64,000 nucleotides of DNA from Isurus oxyrinchus. Its lineage: Eukaryota. Both the position numbers and the translations under genes were made by a program. A model generated the notes under the pieces. It was not told the origin of the DNA. It ran no database searches and was given only the letters and a program-made list of their open reading frames with translations. Where the stretch lies: NCBI GenBank assembly GCA_026770705.1, contig JANJGN010000034.1, positions 4,836,001-4,900,000 on the forward strand, in the 5' to 3' direction. Positions 50,501-62,500 of this stretch are shown piece by piece. How positions within the stretch are numbered: the stretch's first letter is position 1; every line of letters begins with the position of its first letter.

Positions 50501-53500
50501 TTACCAGTGTCTGGCCTCTAATGAATATAAATTAATTAACTTCAGCGTTCGCATACGATGGACCATATAATGTAAAACTGATATATATATTTCTAATTGG
50601 ATCAGGTTATTGTTATTTTATTGTTCTGGTAAATCAGGCAAAAAACCTCAGGTTGACGCTTTGGATACTATCACAAAGATTGTTCCCTGCTACGTTAATG
50701 TGAGATCTCTCACAGAACTCTGAAATTTAGTTTGGTTTGATGTTCAAGGTCAGTGTTCCATTTTCAATGTAATATTTTCCTTTGGATCTGTCCCTTAAAA
50801 AGATCGAAGATGAAGCACGGATTTTCGTTTTTTTTGTTGACAAACTTCTGTGAATCAATGGTGAGACCACCACTAGTAAATATGTCAATTCCAGCTGGCG
50901 TGCTTTGGAAAACTCTCCTGAAGCGGACACGTTTGGCATAAAGTCTTGCAGTTTCCAATATTACCTTTCCTAGCAGATGGTATCACTGATTTCTGTCATG
51001 TCGCTCGTTTACTCATTTTGCATGTTGTATCGCTAGGAAAAATAACTACTGTGGACACCTCAGTAAAACAACTGTATGCAATATCAATAGCGGACGAAAT
51101 TTTTGCAATATCCAAATGATCATTCCAGTATCACATTTTGTCTGCATTTGATTTGCAGATGTTTCGACCTGCGATAAAATGAGCAATGGTGAGTAATCTG
51201 AGAGCCGAAATTGGACATAGACATAAATGGATCACAGGCAGAATCACGCTGTATTCACCAGATAATAAGGCCTTTTTTCTCGTATATCAGATTTCACTGT
51301 CATTCCAATCCACATCTTCAGAATTTTTGCGCTGTTAAAGCTTTTTCCAACTCAAATGGTCATTCGCTGTAATATTGAATGATTGCAATGCCGAACATCT
51401 GCATTCAATCGTCAAGCATGGCCCCGAGCTAACAGGGGCGGGTCATTCCACAGGTCTACCTTGATGTCAGTCTGAGCTCAGTGGCTTCCTACAGTGGTCC
51501 ATTGCTGAATTTAAGATGGAATATCAATCCGGGATCTACTAAGTAGGCAGATTAAAGGGTTTAGGAGGACTTTTAACTTTTAAAACTGCGAAGTCCGCAA
51601 GTATTTTGCTTCTGTTCTTTTTAGGTTTTCTTGTGCTTTGAACTCTTGACTTCTTTCCTTAATTCAATTTGCATCGTGACAGCTGTTGATCATCATTGCT
51701 TTCTTAGTCCAAACGGTACTATTGAAGTAGTGTACATAGTGATGTATATTGTATTACTAAAGTTAGTATTATTAACATTATTCTTAGCATTAATATTGAT
51801 ATTTTTTTTGGAGACCACTGTAGAGGTCAGAGTTTATTGGCCAACCATGATTGACTTTGAGAATGCAATGTGGCACCTCCATCTGGAAACATTGCAGTCC
51901 ATCTGCAGATGTGAAGGGGATTGAAGTGTAGGTTCTGCAACAGTGAGAGATTGGCAACAAATTTCCAAGTAGGGTGAGTGTAACTTGATGGAAACTTGCA
52001 ATTGGTGGTGTCTCATACGCTTGCATTCCTTGTTCTTCTAGGATTAGAGATTGTGAATTGGAAGCTGTTGTCGAAGGAAAGCTGTTGAGCATGTACAGTT
52101 ACGTTGTGCACAATGCTGCTGTTGCACATCGGTGTTGGGGGCAGCTTATACCTAAGTAAATATTGGAATGCCAATGCAGAGGGTTGCTCGCCCCGGGTGG
52201 TATCGAGCAATGTTGGTACGGCAATCTTACAGAAAGTGGAGCAAGTTCCATAACTCTGCAGATTTCCAATGCATAGATAGACGAGAGGCATTGCAGATAT
52301 GAGGTGAGCTGTTCGCCTAGGAATTGCTGACCTCTGACGTTATCATAAAGCCACAGCATTCTTATGACTGTTGAAGTGCATTTTCTGCTCAATACTATGC
52401 TCGAGAATGTTGATTGTGCAGAATTCAACGATTACAATGACAGTGCATGCGAAGGTGATAAAGCTGGATACTCGCATGATGAAGATGGCTATTATCTGAA
52501 GAATAATCGGAATGAGTTAATCTTTGCAACTTTAAATGATAATGACTAAAGATCCTTAACTACAAATTGCATCCTATGGAAAATAAAGTTATGAATGGCA
52601 GACCTCTGGAAAATTTAACAATATTAAATCTAAATTTGGCATTTCTTTTTGTTTTTTTTTTAATGTCTATATTTAGATTTGGAACAATTGAAGCTGGAGG
52701 TTCATATAAATGGTGAGGCAACTGTGTAGAAAAACTATAGTTTGATCATTTCAAATTTAATCAAACTCAAATTATATCTTGAAGTATTTGAGTGAAAAAA
52801 GCTAACATTTACATTTCTTCGCTGTGCTAAATTGGAACTTTCTCTTTTTCGTCCACGATGATGCTTCTTTGTGATCTTTGCTGCAGAAAAAACGTTGCTT
52901 GAGAAGGAAATGGGTAAGGATCCAATTCATTTACTTTAAACTGTTAGGTTTTGGTAATTGAACTGCCTATGCCTTCTTCATTAAACAAAGTAGAGATCAG
53001 TAAATTGAATAAAACCCTGCTTGGTATTCTTCATTTGATACAGCAATAATAATCATAACATAACCATTTTGCAACAATCAACTTTACCACTGAAAATGCA
53101 GCGTGCTAAAACAGGATGTTAAAGAGAGTAAGGAGCAATGTATCTCCGATTTCCCCTGAGGCCAATGGCATCACCGATAAAAGTCCTTGGACAACTCAAT
53201 TCACTCCATGCAAAATTAATTTTAAAAAGCAGCAGAAGGCACCGGATATGGCAAAGGAAATGAACCCTGTCCAGTTCACTCCTTTTGTGCTGTAGGCTTA
53301 TTTTCCAACAAAACACCGACATTGCCAACATTTCTCACAATGGTTACATTTCTGGCATCGTCAAAGTGCACAATTCCCAAAAACAAGTTATACACCAAAC
53401 TCAAGAAAAATCCAAACTTTACAATTACTGACTTGTTAATCGACTCTTAATCAGTAGAATAATAATTGACGGAGGGATCGTTTAAATTGCCAGTAAGTCG

Positions 53501-56500
53501 AACTTATAAGCAATAGCCTGAACACTGATGTACCGTGTGGGTACCGCTGGAGCCAAAACGCTTCCAGCCTCCCTATAGCCTTTGTCGAAACAGGGACAAA
53601 AGAGCTGAACAGCGTTGCTGAGGTAAGTTAGACTGTTTTTGATATCAAGGGAACAGTTGACCAATCATGGCATCAAGTCGTCCCAGGAAGCTGAGCTCAA
53701 AGTGGATTAACGAAGTAAGCAAGGGGGAAAAAATCTTCCAGTTGCTGCTCTACATACAAGAAAAAAATCGCTGTGGTCGTGGGAACTCAATTATACCAGC
53801 CCCATTATCCCAGCATCAGCAGTTCATCAGGGTAGCAGCTATGATAAATCATCTTGAGCTGCTTCATCACGATTTTAACACAACAAAACAGTGCCTCATA
53901 TTATACCAGATTCTTCAGGTACTTAAATTTAAAGATTTCAGTCTATGCAAACATGCAGCAAGAGCTGGGCAACAGATTGAAAGTTATATTTCCGCCACTC
54001 AGTGCCAGGTACTGATAATGGAAACATCCAATCTTGAAATCCAAGATCTTACCTTTGCTGAATCCCTTCATATGAACATATTTGGATTAAAACAAACTGC
54101 AACTTTGATTCGAACATTTGATTAAATGCTGTACTTTTGAGAATAGTTCAGAGGCTGGGAAACCTGAATGAGAAGCAAAGCTTTTGAGTACTCGAATACA
54201 CTCTGCTATACGCATTGAGTCAAGTCCGGAGCGTGAATGATTATACTCCGTTTGCCTCGATGAACTCAGCTCCAACAACAATTAAGAAGTGTGATACCAC
54301 TCTGGGAAAGGTAACTCTCTTGAAAATGTACTCCAGTGGCAGGATTATATATTCCATTCCACCACCCCCTGCACCGAATGGAAGGAAAATGCAACATTTC
54401 CAAAGTTTAGGGCACGGACGCAAATCCCTCTTCGAGAGCACATTGCAAAAGTGTGGCCTATAGCACTTTGAAAGACAGGGGAAGGCGAATTCTGCTATCA
54501 AAAACGATGACAAGTGCCCCTTTAAATCACAACATATCCGTATTTTACTTTCAGTTACTTGTGAAAGTACATTCACCATGGTCGGAATTCTTAAATATTT
54601 AACCTAAGTACCCAAACACATCCGAAAATAGCGAAGCCTGTGGAAAAGTCGGTTAGCATTTACAGACGTTTTTGTTTATCTCTCACTCGACGCACATGGA
54701 CACTGGACGAGCTTAACGAATCATTATTTTTCCCTACACGTTGAATGAGCTGCTTTTATGATCCATTGCAGAAAACACTTTGAATCCTACCCCCAAAGCA
54801 TTGGTCAGAATGGAGTCCAGAGGATTGATCCAGCATCGAAAGTCAATAATGAACAAGTTGGTATTATGGGTGATTTTGAGCGTAAGTTTCTAGTGGTGGT
54901 TTACCTACGAACACCTACGCCCCAAAGCCACCATCCCGAGCCTCATCCCCTTCTTTTTATGGCGGAACAGTTAAGTGGGTTGATGTTGAATTTATTCCAC
55001 ATTCACCAAATAATGCGTAGACGCCAGAAGTTGCTGTGAATTACGTTTTGCAATACCAATGCTCACTAGCATACTCGCCCTTTGAGTGCATCAAACTTGC
55101 AATTCACTTTTTAAAACTTCACTTAGGTGCTGCTTCCCAACTTCTGGATAATAGAATCATTAGCTTATTCCATCAATCTTGGCAAATCTGCCTTACAATT
55201 GATTTTTTTTTTTCCGTCAATTGTTCGGAGTTCTAAATATGAATAGGTAAGTATTTGCCGTTTTAGTCGCAGGTAGGATCTTGGATGCTCTGTGCATTCC
55301 ACAAAAATTGCAAACCACATAACAGAGCTGGAAAATAGCACATTAAAGACATTCATGTCCAATATTTGAAATTCAGACTTGAAAGCATTGGGTGGAGTAA
55401 AACCACCTCTTCATATGTACACAGATTGAGACTAGACAGCAAATTGTAAATGGGGAATAAGCAGTTACGCAAAAAGATACGCTGGAGAATTCTGGAAGAA
55501 ATCTATTGTTACTTTGTTGTTCCTACTAATATTAGTTGTACTCCAAATTGCATGCCAGGTATTTCAAAATGGTTTTTCATATGCTGTAATAGCGTTCTGC
55601 AAGTCAGGGACACATTACTAAAACGGGACGGGAATGATTAAACTGATTTTATGTACGTTCACTAGCATAGACAACAATTGATGAATGATTAATTAACGGT
55701 CATGCAGGTTGTGATTAGTGATAACGTTTGAAATCATGAGGGTACCTAGATAGCTACAGCAGAGTGCAGCATGTTATCCTAAATTCAAACAGGAGGGATT
55801 TCATTTTTTTTTACTAACTTTTTAGCAAAGCCATTTTGGCAGTTATGTACCTTCTTGCCAGTGTGGCTTTCGAAATCAGTTTAAGCTATCTTTGGAAAGT
55901 CATTTGTCTTAGCCGTTGCAAATTTGGTCCTTCCCCTGAGTCAAGCAATGGTGTTTTCCAACATTCTGAAAGGGACATCACGGTGCACCCCAAGGGAATG
56001 CTGTACTGTTAAAATTCCCAACCTGTTGAGGACAAAAACACCCTACATCTCCATCTGCCCTGTCAGGGTGCCGCACATGATTCCACGGCACTGCTTCAAC
56101 GTACACAAGAACATTGTACTTCCCCTCCCTCCCAGCAAACCATAAATCATGGCCGGACCTACATGCATGACGCAAAAACATCCCTCCAAAACCAAGTTGT
56201 AATCTTTTTAATTTTGATGATTGCGCATTATTCTTCACAGAATGACATTTTTTCACCGATCATCATATTACCCAGTGCAGTTCGAAATTCAAATTGCCCA
56301 CAAAGCAATTTTGGAATGTGTTGACAGCTGTCCTTTAAATTAATATATTTTTTCTCCACTTCGCCCTTTGTAGAACTGTTCCAGTACGATGCAGAGACGC
56401 GTGAGTTGCTTCATTATTTATTTCAACAGAAAACATAGTAATATTATAATACAGGCAACATCAGACATTAAGTAATCTAGCACTTGCTCCGGCATTCAGT

Positions 56501-59500
56501 GTGCTTACAACTATTGCCTTACTTCAGCTCGATGTTTTCACATAATTTACGTGGAAGTGATGTGTCCTCACTTTTTTCAGCCACAGCTTTATCCAATTGC
56601 TGAGCACCCACAATTATAAAACAGGAAAAATATTACGCTTTGTACATAAAATTGGTTCATTTAGTCCCAAATGCGTTCAGTGCTTGTCTTGCGATTACTT
56701 TCTTTTAGTTTAGACTCCCGAAGCACTACATTACAACCATGTTATCAACATACCGTCTGCCAAACTTTCTCAGAATTCGATATTATTCCAGGAGTTCAGA
56801 TGTCCGTTTTGTAATTCTAAAGTATCCACCTCTATCCCAAACAATCTCTTTTCATATATCGATTCACCATCCTGAGGTACATAACTAACTAATGGTCCTT
56901 GAACCGTCAGGCAAGCACTCGCTTTCTTACTTTTAAAGGCAACACAATTCAAAGTACCCCACGTTTACACTCACCAACCCTTATAATGAAAAGACAATAT
57001 TATTTCTTCTTATGTACCAACATGGTACTAAAAGTCAAACAATCATTTGCTTCCCGACTGTTTCATTGCCATGCTCCCTCCTCGTATAAACGTTTTCGAA
57101 ACACTTGCTATCACACATCTATCACTAGGTTTCTACATTTTTCCTACTACCGATGTCGATCTAACTTTCCTGGATTTGCTGTTTTCGCTCTCCCTTAGAT
57201 ACTCATTTGCAACCTTCCAGTTCCTGTGGACTGTTCTGGAAACTGCGGATGTCTAAATGATTATAAATATTGCATACGCTTTGCCTTCTATCATCTCTAT
57301 AACATCTTGCTGGAACTAAGAAAGCTCTATTAAATTTGTTGCATTCAATTCGATTTGTGCCTCAACACATTTCAATTTTTAGATCGGTTAACGTCCTTCA
57401 TCCGTCTCTCGCATTGCCTCTTGGTTACCTCATATTTTTTCGCAGACACATTAAGACCGCTTTTGTGATTACTGAGGAAAAGAAATGTTGGCTTAGCATA
57501 GTTTCCCTTCATTATTCCCATTTGATTAATGCTTTCTCTTCTCGTTTTCTTTACCCCTATTATACTGTGCCTTTATCTTCACCTGAGGTGCCGTGATAAA
57601 CTACATTGAAACGTTTTATGTTACATACTGACATATTTTTTAATGCGTGTTTGAATCCTTGCTAATTGACATGTGCATTCATTTTTATTTCTCTTTGTGC
57701 ACTTTTTGATCATATGGTTGGTGAATTCTGAAACTCTCCGGAACCTGACAGTTAATATTATTATTGATAACAAGGTTAAACTCTTATGAATTAAATTATG
57801 TTTTAACTTCCCTGGTTTGTAGGAAAATTTACATGAGCTCAGATTGGTACTTTTGGAGATGGCATGAAGGGGAAGCAAAAAAACAAAAAAAAAGCTCAAA
57901 TTTCCAAAAGTATGCAAATGGTCACAGGGGCTAAGGAATCAAGGGAGTTTTCTCAGTAGTGAGAAAACTTGAAACCGAGTGCAAGGGTAATTCGGTGGAT
58001 AAGCAAATCTGGAAATATAGACCTTCTGGACTGCCAACACTTGTGAGAGACTGAGTACACAGACAGTGTGCCTTGCTGATTCTAACCGTACATATAATGC
58101 TTGGAGGTAAATATTTCGTTGGATATGACCCCTCCCTTTCGCTGCATGAATAAAATTGCAGAAATTGTGAACTTGTGTAACGATGTGCTGCTGTATCTGT
58201 GCGGGAATGCTTGCTGTTGCTTGTTATGCAGCTTTTTGGAGTTGAATAATTGGGGTAAACCTGCCTTTAAATTTTTATTTTCATTTGCCAGTTATATGTA
58301 ATTGGCACAGGATTAGTGTAATTTTCAAGTAAAAACTTCAAAAAGCGGAATTGTATTGGTAATTAATTCATTGGGGGTAACTTAGTAATGTTAGCTATTT
58401 CTGTTTTTTGTTCGCTTCGAGGATGGTAGCAGGACTTTCTTCAAATCCATATACTTATATTACATTTGTTTAGCAGCATTTTCCGTTGCTTCAATAAAAA
58501 TAATATATTTTAAGAAATGCTTGGCCTTCTTGAAATAGCCTGGCTCTCCCTAATTACCTCAAACATGTGCAACGCAGTGTCTTATATCCTATCTGAAATA
58601 AGATGTCATAATTGCCGATTTTCAATTTTCTAGCACCTTACGCGCATTTAGGAATGATTTGAAGATTTTTGCAAAGCCTTTCATTGCCTGAACTGAGAAT
58701 TATGTGATCAACCTGACATGGGAAACATTCAGCTGAGGCATCATGTTGTTTAAGCATAGCTCAAATTTCCAGTACATCCTGCCTACCAAATTTAAACAGA
58801 GCGATTACTCATGGGAGCTCCAAATACAAAGATCTGATTTTCTTCACTTTGGTCTGCTGCTTCCCTAGGGAGAACGCATCCGAAGCTTTCCATTTAGCAT
58901 TCTAGCCTTGTCCTGCATCAGTGGACATAAATACAGACTTTTGCAATAATAGGATACCGCTAACATGTTAATGCTGCTTAATATTTATATGTCAGTACAT
59001 AGGCTTCTTTTCTGTTAACCAGCTACTTTAACAGAGTCTCTTTTGCTGCCTTATTTATCATTCTCCCATCCTTGGAACAACTTGGAAAAGCCTTTCAAAT
59101 GCTTCAAGCCAAAGTTTCTCAAGTTACAGATATTTCACTATGTGTAAATTCCTGGGATCTCATTCAGCTCCAGAATATCGTCAACAAATAAGACCTCACT
59201 CGTTCAATGCCATTTTTCACAAAGATGTTTGCTGTTTTAATGCATTAAAAATAATTATTGTTTTCTTATTCACGATGTTTGTTTCCATTAATACAATATC
59301 AGTCTTTTTCCCCCTCGGATTAACAGATTTAGGAAATAATAATCGCCTCTGCAAGTAGCATGTTGACACTTTTATCGAACTGTCCCAGATTTGTTTGCAG
59401 ACCTCTGATAATGTTTAACAAAATGGTGCATCCCGCTAAACGTTGCTGCACCTCAAAGATTCTGCTGCACAATTTCTACTGCCAAAATCCAGCTCTACTA

Positions 59501-62500
59501 GCCAGTAGGTGTCGCTAAATCTTCGAAAAATGCAATTGGCAAAAGGGCTGACATTTTCCTTGGGACAACATAAAAGAATATTTTCTTTCGAAACCGGGTC
59601 AGTGCCTTGAAAACTCCTCTGGAAAGACTTGGAAATGTAAGCCTGTCTCAAACTCGATGTCAAAAATAGACACACCCTGAATTTGTTCGATCTGAGGTGA
59701 GTGCAGGACATCATCATCCCACAAAGTAATTTATCTTGTGGATAATAGCACAGGATTCAGTTTTGTGCTGCTAACATCCGCGTCACAAACCTGTCCCCAT
59801 TCCTCACCCAGCTGAAATTTCTGCCTCTGCTCTGTGTGTGTCATTAGCAACAACGTGCTATGCTCTCTTACAGAAGAAAAGATTAACATAGAACGCAGTG
59901 GTAAATGATTTTCACATTAAGTGTCATTTTAATTTCCTTCTGTCTGAATAGTTCTACCAAATGGCTACGCATCAATATGCATCAATTATCAATTGTGGTG
60001 TTCTCATAAAGGGTGATATGCATGTCTTGGCTCATGCCTGCTGGTACGTGAGGCACAAAGCTATGTATACTTCAATTCTGGAAGTTCCTAATTGATCTGC
60101 AGCAAAAACACTTTGTTTTTTAGTTTATGAAACTGGGGTACAAGAAATACCGCTTTCAGGGTCACCAAGCATTTTGCTTTAGCGGTGGCAGGGGAATTGC
60201 TTCTGAAATACAGTACAAATATGGCTGAGATGTTCATCATTGTACTGCGTGGGAGCAGGCCAATGCTACCCGTTAACGTGGGTCTGGTTAGCTAGACTAG
60301 CCATAATACGGTTCATCTTATTCAATGTAAAGTGCAAACGTTTGTGGTGCCCGTGAAGAAACGTTCCCAGTTGCAATATGGTCTAAATTAGATTGTAAAA
60401 TATACACTCGCAACGTGATGTTAGAAAGGACTATTTCACAAGGGGAAGTACAATGATACATTTTTATATTACTTTGCTTGTTCATGGGATATGGGCGAGG
60501 CTGGGTCTTCTTAAATTATTGCTCATACCCATTTTCCCTTGTGAAACTTGAGGTAAGCTGTATTGTTCAAATGCTGTGGTCTACTTAGTGTAGATGCATA
60601 CACACGCTGGTTAGGCAGCGAGTCCTATGAATTTTAACCAGTGACAGTGAGAGATGGCGATCTATTTCCAAGTCAGTACAGTGAGTGGCTTGGAGAGGAA
60701 CATCCAGGTGGTCGTGTTCCCATGTGTCTGTTGTCCTTGTCTTTATATATGCCATTGGTTTGGATGCCGCTGTCTAAGCAGACTTCATGAATCCCAGTAG
60801 TGCATCTTACAATATATACACTGCTGCCACCGTGCTTCGGAGATGGATTGAGTGAAAGTTTGAATAAGTGGTGCAAAACAGGTGGGCGGCTACATTTCCT
60901 GCATAATGTTGACTGCTTGAAAATTGCATTAAATTTCCAGACGATGCATATTGAAACAATTACAAACATTAAGGATACCATGGGTAAAATGTCCTGATCA
61001 CTTCACACTTTACTATTTTCTGGCAGGAGCACAGTAATCAGATTTTTCAAAGGGCAATTCCGTGTTCCTTCGAAGCTACTCTCCTATTATCAATTTTTAG
61101 GATGGGGATAGGATTTTTTACTGAATACTCCACTATGGATCATTCCATAGCAGTTATACAAACCACACCATGTTTATTCACTTTAATTTCAACTAACAAT
61201 AAATTCGGATGGGGTAAAAAGCAAACATGCAACCAATAATGGACGGGAAATTTTAAAATTGTAGAATGGCCCCCCCAGCAGCACATGGTCCTAAAATTCT
61301 AATTCAGGTCAACATTGAATACAATAGGACATTTTCGTCAACATATATCACCTCTGCCAGAGTTTTCACAACCTCACTGCTCTTTTCATTCTTAGAAATC
61401 AAACGCCTGGAGACAAACATCAACAAGCTCAGTAAGGAATTATGATTACTTCTCAGCATATTAGGCATAGTTACCGTAAGACAGTCTACCAGATAAATTG
61501 ATTGAATGAGTATAATTTGAAAGTGAGCTATCATAGATGTTGCACCAACCAATGCCTAAGAACTTAATTGCAAAGTATTTAAAATTATATATTATTATTG
61601 TTTTTTTTTTACTTTTGGTGCTAACAGCGATTTTCTCAGGCAGAAACATGCCTTTTGCCCCAGTGCAAAAAAGTGAGTCTGCCATTATGGTCGTTTCCGG
61701 GATTCATTTTTAATTATTTCGCTGATTCTGAAGAAATTTGAGAGCGACAATAGGACGTCTGTGTAGTAGTGCTCATTTTGTTTCACGCATGAACCAGATG
61801 GGAAAATTATCTATTTTTGTCTATAGTTCGAGGTTGGAAATTTCAGCTACGCTTATACTGTGGATATCGCTTCATTGTCGGCGTCACTTGGTTACCGACT
61901 GCAAGCTGATATTCAGGTATCATAGGTGTTCTTCTGCATGACCCCGGGCATTACTTACATTGCAATGGCATTCTATCAATATTCGGTATTGAGTTCCAGT
62001 ATTAAAAGCAGTAGCAAAAAAAATGCATTAATATTGAGCCTTCAACGCAATTATGTCTTTCATGGTGCTTAAGACTTTTAGAATACTCCTCCTAGAAGCA
62101 TATTGCGGTGTGACCCCTTGGCATACCAGATTAATTCATAATTCACCTTGCATCCATATTCGGCAGTTCATTGTGAATTTATTGAAGATTGATTTCATAC
62201 TGGGTAAATTGTATTTCCTGAGAATGTACATGTGCAGCAGTGAAGAAGATTTACAGAAGATTGTTCGCTTATGGACAATAATAACTGGAAGGGAATTAAA
62301 GAGATATGGCAAGCAGACATGTCATGGGGCGTTTACAACCCCGTGTCGCCATTGTATTGCATTTCTTGCAATTTAGGCAGCACAGTACAGATGTGTCCAA
62401 CGCTTTATCAGTTGTTCTGTTGATTATGAAACTGGAGGAATAAATATCTGGCAATTATATTGGATTCATGATTGATTGTTGGACAATCCAGGTGTGTTTT

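Noticed and set aside
53667-54125. 152-aa ORF
   Set aside because: Lies within a decayed LINE RT and is mostly an off-frame reading
55826-55846. 21-nt candidate after a TACTAAC branch-like motif
   Set aside because: The branch motif is too close to the AG and the gtacct donor is poor
57824-57847. 24-nt exon candidate (ENLHELRL in phase 0)
   Set aside because: Has a stop in phase 1 and a weak gtactt donor, so it is incompatible with the phase-1 chain
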